NCBI GenBank assembly: GCA_037146775.1
Contig: JBAWWL010000005.1
Coordinates: 33,848-97,847 of the forward strand
Length of the DNA stretch: 64,000 bases
Source: Candidatus Omnitrophota bacterium
Lineage (GTDB): Bacteria > Omnitrophota > Gorgyraeia > Duberdicusellales > 4484-171
Reading direction: 5' to 3'
The translations under genes were made by a program, and so were the position numbers. Position 1 is the stretch's first letter, and each line of letters starts with the position of its first letter. The notes under the pieces are model-generated. The model did no database searches and was not told where the DNA came from. It saw nothing but the letters and a program-made list of their open reading frames with translations. This document shows positions 17,822 to 26,966 of the stretch, one piece after another.

Positions 17822-18499
17822 ATGAAAAAATTTTTCTCTAAAGCATCAGTACGTTTTATTTTACTGCTGGCCATGGCCGGAATTTTTATCGCCTTGGGAA
17901 ATTATTTTTCTTTCGACCAGGCGAAGATTGATAAGTTTTTCAACAAAATTCCCCGGGTGTACTGGTCTGTCATCTTTATCGCGCTGTATGTTGTCTCGAA
18001 CTTCTTCATCTTTTGGGATATCAAAGATATCCTCAAGCTCATCGCTGCGATTCTGTTTGGAGCCTACACCAGCACGTTCCTTATTTATATTGCCGAGATC
18101 ATTAACGCCTATTTATTTTTCAATATCAGCAATATTCTGGGAAAAGAATTCGTAGAGAAATCATTGTCCGGAAAATTTAAGAATCTTTACGAGAAATTAG
18201 GGCATTTGCGGTTTAGCTGGGTGGTTTTATTACGGCTTATTCCGCTTATTCCGTACCGAGTGTTGGACATCAGTTTCGGCTTAAGCAAGATACCTTTTCG
18301 CACTTATCTTCTGGCGGTCATTCTGGCCTCGCTGCCGCGCATTTTTTTAATTCAATTTCCGCTCGCTGCCATCAAAGACTTTTCAAGCCAGAAAATGATG
18401 GTTTATTTTCAAAGCCACCCGTTCATTCTTTGGGCCTATTTCGCCTACTTTAGCATTTCCATAGTTATTGCCGTCAAAGCAAAAAAGAAACTCCAGTGA
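17822..18499 (+). CDS. DedA/TVP38/TMEM64-family membrane protein
   Basis: Multi-TM protein. DedA signature LRLIPLIPYRVLDISFGLSK. Start moved to the ATG at 17822, which has an AAGGAAGG SD. Confidence 0.7.
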   Translation: MKKFFSKASVRFILLLAMAGIFIALGNYFSFDQAKIDKFFNKIPRVYWSVIFIALYVVSNFFIFWDIKDILKLIAAILFGAYTSTFLIYIAEIINAYLFFNISNILGKEFVEKSLSGKFKNLYEKLGHLRFSWVVLLRLIPLIPYRVLDISFGLSKIPFRTYLLAVILASLPRIFLIQFPLAAIKDFSSQKMMVYFQSHPFILWAYFAYFSISIVIAVKAKKKLQ

Positions 18500-19395
18500 C
18501 AAGCTATCTTATCTGTCACCAGCAAGGAAAATTAGATACGATAAAACAGCGTTTATTAAACCGCTTGTCAAGCTGCACGCTTTGCCCCAGAGTTTGCCGG
18601 GTAGACAGGTCACAGCAGCCCATGGGATTTTGCCGTACCGGCCGCCACGCAAGAGTAAATAGTTTTTTTTCGCATTTTGAAGAAGAACCGGAATTGGTAG
18701 GCCCTGGCGGTTCCGGGACTATATTTTTTTCTTACTGTAATCTGGGCTGCCTCTATTGCCAAAATTATACGCTTTCCCATCAAGGAGAGGGAACGGAGGT
18801 GGATGCGGATAAGCTTGCGCAGATGATGTTGCGCCTACAGGAAGATGGAGCGGAGAATATCAATTTTGTAACGCCTACGCATGTTATCGCTCAAATCATC
18901 GAAGCATTACCGCTGGCCATCGAGAAAGGCTTGCATATACCTCTGGTGTATAACTGCGCAGGCTATGAAAGCGTGGAAGTAATCAAAGAGCTTGCCGGAA
19001 TATTTGACCTTTACATGCCGGATATAAAATATTGCGATGATACCTTGGCTGTACGGTATTCTCAAGCGCCGGATTACTGGAGTACGGTGCGGGCGGCAGT
19101 ATGCGAAATGCACCGGCAAGTGGGCGACTTAGTCATAGAAAACGGTATCGCAAAGGCTGGGCTTTTAATCAGGCATCTGGTATTACCCAATGGTTTAGCC
19201 GGTTCGTTCGCCGTGCTTGATTTTATCAGAGAGCTTTCCCCGCAAAGCTATGTTAATATCATGGACCAGTATCGTCCCCATTATCGGGCACACGAGTTCC
19301 CAGAGCTGTCGCGTCCCGCAAGCCGCGACGAATACGCGCGCGTTGTTGAGTACGCGAAAAAAATAGGATTGCACCGCGGTTTTTTAACTGTTTAA
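18496..19395 (+). CDS. radical SAM protein, PflX/pyruvate-formate-lyase-activase-like family
   Basis: CTLCPRVCRV N-terminal Cys motif plus CNLGCLYC (CxxxCxxC). 299 aa. GTG start. Confidence 0.65.
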   Translation: MTSYLICHQQGKLDTIKQRLLNRLSSCTLCPRVCRVDRSQQPMGFCRTGRHARVNSFFSHFEEEPELVGPGGSGTIFFSYCNLGCLYCQNYTLSHQGEGTEVDADKLAQMMLRLQEDGAENINFVTPTHVIAQIIEALPLAIEKGLHIPLVYNCAGYESVEVIKELAGIFDLYMPDIKYCDDTLAVRYSQAPDYWSTVRAAVCEMHRQVGDLVIENGIAKAGLLIRHLVLPNGLAGSFAVLDFIRELSPQSYVNIMDQYRPHYRAHEFPELSRPASRDEYARVVEYAKKIGLHRGFLTV

Positions 19396-19428
19396 AAATA
19401 ATATTTTTAGCTTATAATAGTTATTGTC

Positions 19429-19980
19429 ATGAAAGTAGAGATAGGGAAAGAGAAGGCCAGCCGGCTGATTAATTGCGGCCAGGTTATTTTGGTTACCAGC
19501 GCTTATCAGGATAAAAGAACTATCACTCCTTGCGCCTGGCATATGCCCATCTCTAAAGACCCGGCCCTGGTAGCGGTGGCTTTGGCCAAGAAACATTTTT
19601 CTTCGCAGCTGATTCAACAGAGTAAAGAATTTGTTATCAATATTCCTTCCTGGCAGATTCTGGATAAAGTGATGCTTTGCGGCTCAATGTCCGGCCGTAC
19701 CTGTGATAAATTCTCCCACGCCGGTCTTACTGCCGAAAAGCCACACAAGTTGGCCGTAGCTGTCCCGATTGCCGAATCTCTCGGCACACTTGAGTGTGGT
19801 TTACGCGAAAGCAAAGACGCGGGTGATCATTATATGTTTATTGGAGAAGTGCAATACGCCCAAGCCGACGACCGCTTTTTTATAAATGACATATGGGATA
19901 CCGAAACCGCCCAACTTATCTTTCATGTAGGCGGAAAATATTTCTTTCCATCTCAAAAAACCAGCGAGTTTAAAAAATGA
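19429..19980 (+). CDS. flavin reductase-like (FMN-binding split-barrel) domain protein
   Basis: 183 aa. Pattern typical of the flavin reductase-like domain (VILVTS...TITPCAWHMPIS). Confidence 0.55.
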   Translation: MKVEIGKEKASRLINCGQVILVTSAYQDKRTITPCAWHMPISKDPALVAVALAKKHFSSQLIQQSKEFVINIPSWQILDKVMLCGSMSGRTCDKFSHAGLTAEKPHKLAVAVPIAESLGTLECGLRESKDAGDHYMFIGEVQYAQADDRFFINDIWDTETAQLIFHVGGKYFFPSQKTSEFKK

Positions 19981-20927
19981 TAGAAGCAATTTATCGTTTA
20001 CCTCACGCTTTTTTACAGAAATTAGAGAAACTGTACCCGTCATATCACCAGCAGATTCTTAATACTTTTTTGACCAAAAAAGAAACAACGTTTCGCATCA
20101 ATTTTCTTAAAATAAACCTGGTAAGCTTGCGCAAGCGGCTGCTTGAGGAGCGAATCTATTTTCAGGAACTTTCGTTTCCTCCGGGAGCATTCATTTCCAG
20201 AAGCAGCTTAAAAGACCTGCAAGGTACCCGGCTTTATCAGGAAGGTTGTATCTATGTGCAGAATGTATCCAGTATGCTTCCGGTGTGCGTGCTTGGGCCA
20301 GAAAAAGGGGATAAAATCCTTGATTTATGCGCTGCTCCCGGCGCAAAGACAACTCAGATTGTATCGCTTGCTCCCGAGTCCGAGGTGGTAGCTTTCGAAA
20401 AGGATCACATCCGGCACTGCAAGCTGGTTTCCAATTTGAAAATACAAGGCGTTGACGCAAAAGTAAAAACATTCCAGCTGGACGGTTTCTGGGCGCGTAA
20501 AAAGTTCCCCGAATACTTCGATAAGGTTTTGGTCGATGTACCCTGTTCGGCCGAGGGGCTTTTCGATTTGCATAATCCGCGCAGTTACAAATATTGGAAC
20601 GAGCGAAAAGTAAGAGAAGTGAAACATAAACAACGATTTTTGCTGCAATCCGCGTTTTTCACGTTAAAAGAGCAGGGTACGCTGGTTTATTCAACCTGCA
20701 CTTTTTCTCCGGAGGAAAACGAAGAGGTGATTGACTGGTTTATCAATAAATTTAAAGACAAAGTCGAGGTTGTCCCCGTAGAAATTCCTTTAAAGGGCGT
20801 ATTTCAGGGGTTGACCCAGTGGCAAGGCCGGCCATTTTCTCCGTCGTGTAAATTAACCCGGCGCGTTATTCCCAATGAATTCATGGAAGCATTTTTTGTA
20901 GCGAAGCTACGAAAAATATCCGCATGA
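19977..20927 (+). CDS. RsmB/NOP2/Sun-family RNA (m5C) methyltransferase
   Basis: LDLCAAPGAKT SAM motif. DVPCSAEG and TCTFSPEENE catalytic Cys motifs. Confidence 0.7.
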   Translation: MIEAIYRLPHAFLQKLEKLYPSYHQQILNTFLTKKETTFRINFLKINLVSLRKRLLEERIYFQELSFPPGAFISRSSLKDLQGTRLYQEGCIYVQNVSSMLPVCVLGPEKGDKILDLCAAPGAKTTQIVSLAPESEVVAFEKDHIRHCKLVSNLKIQGVDAKVKTFQLDGFWARKKFPEYFDKVLVDVPCSAEGLFDLHNPRSYKYWNERKVREVKHKQRFLLQSAFFTLKEQGTLVYSTCTFSPEENEEVIDWFINKFKDKVEVVPVEIPLKGVFQGLTQWQGRPFSPSCKLTRRVIPNEFMEAFFVAKLRKISA

Positions 20928-22597
20928 GAATCCTGCTCATCGCCCCTCCTATCGAGGATTTTTACTTCACGCCTCAACGAGCATATCCGCTGGGAATATT
21001 ATATTTGGCCTCATCGTTAGCCGTCCGCGGGTTTACCGTTAAAGTTCTTAATGCTTTAGAAACTAACAAAAAAATAACGCTAAAAATACCCGATGATTTT
21101 ACCTATCTTAAGCGGTATTACCAGCCAAACAGGTCTCCTTTTTGTCTTTTTTCGAATTATTATCATTTTGGTTTGACCTATCCGGAAATCGAGGCGGTCG
21201 TCAGGCAGTTTCGGCCCGCTCTCGTGGGTATTTCTTCCAATTTCTCGCCTTATTTCGACACCAGCCGTCAAGTTGCCCGGATAGTAAAATATGTCGACGC
21301 CCGGATCCCGGTAGTGATGGGCGGAAGATTTCCCACCTCAAACCCCGAGCTTGTCTTGGGGGAAAAAAGTGTTGATTTTGTGATACGGGGGGAGGGAGAA
21401 GAAGCTTTTTGTGCACTCTGTTCGGCTGTTGCCGAAGGAAGAAGGATTTCTCGTATCAAAGGTTTATGCTATAAAGTAAACCAACGCCTCCACATCGCAT
21501 CCGCTCCCGTGTTGATTAAAAAACTTGATGCTTTACCGTTTCCTGATCGCCGTCTGATCGATTATCAGCGCTATGTTTTCGGCGGCACGGTCATGACTTC
21601 GCTTATTTCTTCCAGAGGTTGTGTGCTTGGTTGTAAGTTTTGTGCGATACAAGAGAAATTTCGTAGCCGCAGCGCGGACAATGTTTTTAAGGAGATAGTA
21701 TATTGTTATAGCTTAGGTATACGGCATTTTAATTTCGAGGATGACAATATCAACATTAACCCTCATTTTGGCAAGGTTTTAGACCACCTCATTGATAACT
21801 TTGCGGGGAAAATAACAGTGTCGTTTATGAACGGTTTATTGGCTCAAGGGCTGCACGCTGGCTTACGGAAGAAATTGCTTGCAGCCGGCCTTACCCATAT
21901 TGATTTGTCGCTGGTTACCAGCAACAGGAAAGTCCGGCTAAAAACCGAAAGGCCGTCCTGGCAGAAAAGCATTTTTGATCTTTCTAGTTTTATGGCCCGG
22001 CGCGGCATTGCGCCAACAGTTCATTTCATTATTGCTTTGCCTGGCCAGAGGTTTATCCAGGCACTGGCAGACGTGAAGTTGCTGGCAAAAAAAACAGTTA
22101 AGCTTGGCCCAAGCATATTTTATCCGGTTATCGAGAGCGGTTTTTTCCAAGAGCTAAAGGAAAGATTTGGTTTTAGCGCGCAGGGCTATAGGCTTTTTCG
22201 TTCTAGTTGCGCTTGTTTTGACCGGTACATGTCTCGCGATGAAATATTTACCATTTTCTATCTTTCCCGTGTGGTGAATTTTGTCAAAGATTTGATCGAT
22301 AACGGTGTTATTCAAGAAGACACCCTGTCTTCATTTTTGCTTACAGTCCCAGAAAAAACCAATAGTACCAATGACAATCTTGTTACTGTGCAAAGAATCG
22401 AGAGAGAGCGTTTGGGTGTAATTCTTTTAAAAAAGCTGATTGAAGAAAAGAGTGTTTATCGGGTAGAAGAAAAACAAAAAAACGGGCAATTTTATTACGC
22501 TTTTTTCCGGGATGATTTTATTTCCGCCCACCATATCCGGTTGGCGCTTGAAGGCCTTTCTGTACGGGGTTTATCCGGCAGGGCTATAAAAATATAA
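20924..22597 (+). CDS. B12-binding-domain radical SAM protein of unknown function
   Basis: 557 aa. N-terminal Rossmann-like B12-binding region (MRILLIAPP). SSRGCVLGCKFC CxxxCxxC. Confidence 0.7.
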   Translation: MRILLIAPPIEDFYFTPQRAYPLGILYLASSLAVRGFTVKVLNALETNKKITLKIPDDFTYLKRYYQPNRSPFCLFSNYYHFGLTYPEIEAVVRQFRPALVGISSNFSPYFDTSRQVARIVKYVDARIPVVMGGRFPTSNPELVLGEKSVDFVIRGEGEEAFCALCSAVAEGRRISRIKGLCYKVNQRLHIASAPVLIKKLDALPFPDRRLIDYQRYVFGGTVMTSLISSRGCVLGCKFCAIQEKFRSRSADNVFKEIVYCYSLGIRHFNFEDDNININPHFGKVLDHLIDNFAGKITVSFMNGLLAQGLHAGLRKKLLAAGLTHIDLSLVTSNRKVRLKTERPSWQKSIFDLSSFMARRGIAPTVHFIIALPGQRFIQALADVKLLAKKTVKLGPSIFYPVIESGFFQELKERFGFSAQGYRLFRSSCACFDRYMSRDEIFTIFYLSRVVNFVKDLIDNGVIQEDTLSSFLLTVPEKTNSTNDNLVTVQRIERERLGVILLKKLIEEKSVYRVEEKQKNGQFYYAFFRDDFISAHHIRLALEGLSVRGLSGRAIKI

Positions 22598-22628
22598 AAG
22601 GGGCATAGTATATATGCCCCTTTTATAT
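22596..22628. terminator. bidirectional rho-independent terminator between convergent genes
   Basis: aaaa-ggggcata-gta-tatgcccc-tttt: perfect 8-bp stem flanked by A-run and T-run. Confidence 0.8.
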
Positions 22629-22643
22629 TTGTTTTCAATTCAA

Positions 22644-22910
22644 TTATAGAATTGACTTAAGTTCTTTGGAAGCCTTGAAAGCGACTTTCTTTTTTGCCGG
22701 GATCTGAATCGCTTCGCCGGTTTTCGGGTTTCTTCCCATTCTGGCCTTGGTTTCTTTTACCTTGAAGGTTCCGAATCCGGAAATGGCGACTGGGTCTTTT
22801 TTCTTCAATGAACCCTTGATGGCATCAAAAACTGATTCCACTGCTGTCTGCGCTTCTTTCTTTGTGCATGTGCTCTTTGCGACTGTTTCGACCAACTCTG
22901 CCTTATTCAT
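22644..22910 (-). CDS. hup: HU-family DNA-binding protein
   Basis: 88 aa. MNKAELVE...GFGTF...R.GRNP.TGE..I signature. Confidence 0.85.
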   Translation of the reverse strand: MNKAELVETVAKSTCTKKEAQTAVESVFDAIKGSLKKKDPVAISGFGTFKVKETKARMGRNPKTGEAIQIPAKKKVAFKASKELKSIL

Positions 22911-23017
22911 CTAACACACCTCCTTTTACTAAAAACGTTAATATTCTCAACCACTTTCACTATTTTATAATCGAAGAAGGTATTGTCAAGAGATTTTGCA
23001 AGCTTTATAATGGCTGT

Positions 23018-23827
23018 ATGATTCTTACCCGTAAGGAGCTTGATTATATCATCTCGCACAAAAAAGAGCATGTATGTAATATTAAAGTCGATTTTGGCCT
23101 CGATCAAGCGTGCGTGAAGATCGAGGAGGATAAAGTTTTTTTTGAAAACGGCTGTGTGCTTGATTTGAACGAAGAAATAAAAGAAAATTTCTGTTACGAT
23201 TTAGATAAGCAGGGTTTGCATAAGGTTGCTTTCTTCGCCGAAGACACCAATAGATTCTATAAACTTACTCCTACTGCGGACTGGCCAACTTTTTCCGTAG
23301 GCTCGGTGCCGATGCATAAACTGCGTTCTCCCCGGCTGGATACGCAGCAAAAGATAGATTTTTTAAGGCCTTACGGCCTGGTACTTGATACCTGTACAGG
23401 TTTAGGATACACCGCTATAGCTTCTGCAAGCCGCGCCGAAAAGGTAATTACTTTTGAGAGAGATGAAAATGTGATTACTCTGGCAGGAGTAAATCCTTGT
23501 TCGCGGCAATTGTTTCTTCTAAGCAATATCGAGCGCAAAATACAGGATGTCACAGAAGGTATCAAAACCTTTCCCGATGAATACTTTAATTGTATTATTC
23601 ACGATCCACCTACTTTTAAGCTTTCTCCCGAGCTTTATTCTCCCGCTTTTTATGCCCAGTTGCTAAGGGTTTTAAAGCGGGCAGGTAAGCTTTTTCACTA
23701 TACTCCTTTATATAAGATCAGGCAGGGGGTTGATTTTCCTTTGAGAATAAAGCAGAAACTTATCAAAACAGGTTTTAAAGCGTTGGAATACTCTTTGGAA
23801 AAAGGAGGAATCCTGTGTCGAAAGTAG
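23018..23827 (+). CDS. putative SAM-dependent methyltransferase with DPPF motif (RNA m2G/N6-type)
   Basis: Motif I LDTCTGLG. Motif IV IIHDPPTF. Start set to the internal ATG at 23018 because the upstream ORF extension overlaps hup antisense. Confidence 0.5.
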   Translation: MILTRKELDYIISHKKEHVCNIKVDFGLDQACVKIEEDKVFFENGCVLDLNEEIKENFCYDLDKQGLHKVAFFAEDTNRFYKLTPTADWPTFSVGSVPMHKLRSPRLDTQQKIDFLRPYGLVLDTCTGLGYTAIASASRAEKVITFERDENVITLAGVNPCSRQLFLLSNIERKIQDVTEGIKTFPDEYFNCIIHDPPTFKLSPELYSPAFYAQLLRVLKRAGKLFHYTPLYKIRQGVDFPLRIKQKLIKTGFKALEYSLEKGGILCRK

Positions 23828-24408
23828 ATTTGGAGAGAGAGCGTAAGATATTAGACCGGGAGATAACCCTTTTCCATTTTAAAAAAGCTAAAAAAAGAAT
23901 CAACCGCTGCCTTGGCTTTGCCAACCAACAGCATGACCGGTTCTTTTTCTTCTATTTCTTGAGCCAGCACTTTATCTTGCGGGAAGATTCTCGTATGGCT
24001 CTGCGTTATCTAAACTCCTGTCTGAAGCTCAAGCCTTACGACGGCTGCAGCTATAATGATAAAGCGCTTTGTTTCGCCCAGCTCGGTAAACACAAGGAAG
24101 CCATGTGTTGTTTTGATGAGGGGATACGGGCTGAGAGGGATTGCGTTTCGCTCTATCACAACAAAGGCTGGCTGCTGCATTTGTTAGGCCGGTATCGGGA
24201 AGCAATACTCTATTTTAGAAAAGCCTTAGAATTAGAGGAGAACAGGGCCGAATCTCTGTATAGTTTAGCTGACGCTTATGAAAAATTAAATCAGCTCAAA
24301 GAAGCAAAACGCTATTTTCAGAAAGCTCTTGGACAGCTTAAAGGAAAAAGCTCTATTTTATATAAAGAAGCAACGCAGCGCTTACGTGCATTAGCAAAGA
24401 ATCAATAA
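23815..24408 (+). CDS. tetratricopeptide-repeat protein
   Basis: Several 34-aa TPR-like repeats (YNDKALCFAQLGKHKEA, LYHNKGWLLHLLGRYREA, LYSLADAYEKLNQLKEA). GTG start with AAAGGAGG SD. Confidence 0.6.
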   Translation: MSKVDLERERKILDREITLFHFKKAKKRINRCLGFANQQHDRFFFFYFLSQHFILREDSRMALRYLNSCLKLKPYDGCSYNDKALCFAQLGKHKEAMCCFDEGIRAERDCVSLYHNKGWLLHLLGRYREAILYFRKALELEENRAESLYSLADAYEKLNQLKEAKRYFQKALGQLKGKSSILYKEATQRLRALAKNQ

Positions 24409-24465
24409 TCGTATTTTCTATCAAGTTTTGCTGCGGTTACGGTGGTGGTTGATACGCGGGGGTGA

Positions 24466-26937
24466 TTATCGCAGTATTTTCTCGAGTATATTTTTGATTC
24501 CCTCGACGTTAGAGAGGAATACCGGCTTTACTTTGTAGGTTGGTTTTTGTACTGTACCGCCCAATTCGATAGCCAAACTACCCTGGCCTAATATGCCGCT
24601 AATGACTTTTTGAAGGCCGCTGGAAGCGGCAATTAAATTCTGGTTGAATTCCGTGATAAGAATAAAATTCAAGTCGCCCTTTAAGGAAATTCTTCCCGTT
24701 CCCTTCAGGATCATCTGGTATGATGTCAACTCAAGATTCTCAAAAACAACGTCCTGGCCTTTAAAGAATAGGTCGCTATAGCCATTCTCAAATTTAATTT
24801 CTCCAAACTCCGGGATAAAAATAAATTCTCCCAAACCTTTCAAAAAGTCTATTTCCCAGATATTGCCTTCTTTTATCGAAACCTTCCCCTGGCCCTGGAG
24901 TTTGTCCCACTGGGTCAGGCTTTCGTTTTGTACATCAGCCTCGAGCGACAAAATGCCCGATAAGTTTTTTTGTTTCAAATTAAGTTGCGCCCTTAGATAC
25001 CCCAGGTTAATGTCATTTATCAAGAGGTTCGTGGTTAGCCTGTTTTTTAGAGCATCGGCTCTGAAACGCCACTGGATTTTTCCTTGGGCGACGGTGGCGG
25101 TCAGCGGGCTGATAACCAGCTCATTTTTGTCGCGATAAAGCTCAATAGTAGCCTGCAGGGCCTCGACGCCATAGACTTTTATTTTATCGCTTGCTCCGGC
25201 AAGCTTTATTTCCCACTCGTTTATTTTATTACCGCCGGTTACGATAAATTTCACCTTGGCCGTTCCTTCGGGTTGAGCTTTTTTTAAAGCGGGAACTGGT
25301 ATGCTAAAAGCGTCAGCCAAAGCAATCATATCTTTCCCTTCAAGAGAGCCCGCGCCCTGTATCGTGGCTTGCACGTTGGGTGTGAGGCTAATGTTTCCTT
25401 GGGAGGTTATCTGCGAGTTCGCGCTTTTTAAGCTTAAGCTTTGAATGTCGATATTCTGGTGCGCGTATTCTGCCTGGACATCGGCCTTCAGTAAGTTGCT
25501 GGTAAGGTTTAGAGTTATGGTAGGAGAAGAGAAATGCTTTAGTTGCGCCTTGAGTTGAAAAGGGATCGCCTTATAACGGAAGCTGCTATCTTCTACGATG
25601 AGCAGGTCATTCTTTACAAAGCCTTTAGCTTCAATGTCTTTTACTTCTTTTAGCTGTGCGCCTTTTATTCCGTATTCTACATAATAATCCAGCGTTTTTT
25701 GTGTAAGGTTGCCTTTGCATATGGCTTTGAGTGCGATGTTCCCTCCCTCGCCATAGGCAAAACTAAACGGGACTGTTTTTTTGGCGGCGGCTATCGCATC
25801 CATAAGGGAAGAAGATGTTTCTGCTTCAAGATAAAATTCAGACGTCTCTAGATTCATCTCTCCTTTTCCTTTTAGGTGTAAAGTTTTTTTGGTTTTTTCT
25901 TGAGCGGACTCTTTTGAGAAAGGAAACAATGCTTTTACGGACGATAATTCGAGCTTTTTATTATCAAGGATGAATTGGCTCTGCATATCGGTGAGTGAAC
26001 CGACTGAAGGAAGATTATTAATGCCGCCCTTGGTAATGGTACCTGCGAGCCGATAGGAAAACCGTTCTTTAGAGAAGCCAGCCTGGCCGGTTATATTCAG
26101 GCCACCCTTAAATTCTATGTTGTTTTTTACGACAGTAAGATCAGCCAATGTCGTTGTTCCTTTGAGGACGTAAGTATCTTTTCCTTCGAATCTTAATCGT
26201 GCTTCTACAAGGGAACCACTCCGTGCGACGCAGCCTTTATAATAAGGATTAAAGTCGCTTACGTTGATGTCTTTAAGTGAGATATCGGCGTGTATACCGT
26301 TTTTTGGGTCATACGTGCCTTCCGCAGCCAACTTATTTTCCCAGTTGAGCGTGAAATTGACCACTGAAAGAGGGGCCCAGGAGGCCTTGAGGTCAACGTT
26401 AGAAAACTCTTTTTTGAAATGGAAAACTTTATCTTCGAAGTCAACTCGTAATCCTTTTATTTCTATATCTTTGACCAGGAAAAAAGGTTCTTTCTTTGTG
26501 GCTGTTTTTACTTTTTGAGAGGAGGGAGATGCCGGGAGTGGTTGATTTTGTTTTTGAGTAAAAGCTTCAACTATTTCGGAAAGATTAAGTTTTCCGTCTT
26601 CTTCTCTTTGTATGGGGATGCTTATGTTATATACCTTTACCGAGAGAATTAGTTTTTTTTGGAAAAGCAGCGAGGGATAAAATGGTATCACCTGGAGTTG
26701 TTTTATTGCCAAGATAGGGTGTGTTTTGTCGTTTTCATATATGGCTACATCATCAAGGGCGATGCCATTGATGATGCTGACGCGCACTCTGGAGATATCT
26801 GTATTTTTATCGGTAGTTTCTTTGATGAATTGCTGTGTCTGGGTGCGTATTTTTTCAGGCAAGAAAATATTAAGGCCGTAAGTTATAACAGCGTAGAGCC
26901 CGACGATAAATATTGCGAGAATTAAAAATTTTTTCAT
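24466..26937 (-). CDS. AsmA-family outer-membrane-biogenesis protein
   Basis: 823 aa. N-terminal TM/signal anchor. Long beta-rich repetitive body typical of the AsmA/TamB-like family. Confidence 0.55.
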   Translation of the reverse strand: MKKFLILAIFIVGLYAVITYGLNIFLPEKIRTQTQQFIKETTDKNTDISRVRVSIINGIALDDVAIYENDKTHPILAIKQLQVIPFYPSLLFQKKLILSVKVYNISIPIQREEDGKLNLSEIVEAFTQKQNQPLPASPSSQKVKTATKKEPFFLVKDIEIKGLRVDFEDKVFHFKKEFSNVDLKASWAPLSVVNFTLNWENKLAAEGTYDPKNGIHADISLKDINVSDFNPYYKGCVARSGSLVEARLRFEGKDTYVLKGTTTLADLTVVKNNIEFKGGLNITGQAGFSKERFSYRLAGTITKGGINNLPSVGSLTDMQSQFILDNKKLELSSVKALFPFSKESAQEKTKKTLHLKGKGEMNLETSEFYLEAETSSSLMDAIAAAKKTVPFSFAYGEGGNIALKAICKGNLTQKTLDYYVEYGIKGAQLKEVKDIEAKGFVKNDLLIVEDSSFRYKAIPFQLKAQLKHFSSPTITLNLTSNLLKADVQAEYAHQNIDIQSLSLKSANSQITSQGNISLTPNVQATIQGAGSLEGKDMIALADAFSIPVPALKKAQPEGTAKVKFIVTGGNKINEWEIKLAGASDKIKVYGVEALQATIELYRDKNELVISPLTATVAQGKIQWRFRADALKNRLTTNLLINDINLGYLRAQLNLKQKNLSGILSLEADVQNESLTQWDKLQGQGKVSIKEGNIWEIDFLKGLGEFIFIPEFGEIKFENGYSDLFFKGQDVVFENLELTSYQMILKGTGRISLKGDLNFILITEFNQNLIAASSGLQKVISGILGQGSLAIELGGTVQKPTYKVKPVFLSNVEGIKNILEKILR

Positions 26938-26966
26938 GGCCGCAAGGTTAAGAATGGGAAATGGTA

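Noticed and set aside
21080-21459. Cluster of short overlapping ORFs on both strands inside the B12-radical SAM gene
   Set aside because: All lie within and out of frame with (or antisense to) a 557-aa ORF with clear radical SAM motifs. Arg/Pro-rich compositions are typical of spurious frames.
22862-23017. N-terminal 52-codon extension of the methyltransferase ORF
   Set aside because: Overlaps the hup gene on the opposite strand and its promoter region. The internal ATG at 23018 gives a protein starting at a conserved-looking N-terminus.
24863-25287. Two plus-strand ORFs (91 and 67 aa) within the AsmA gene region
   Set aside because: Antisense to a continuous 823-aa minus-strand ORF with signal anchor. 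No SD or motifs.
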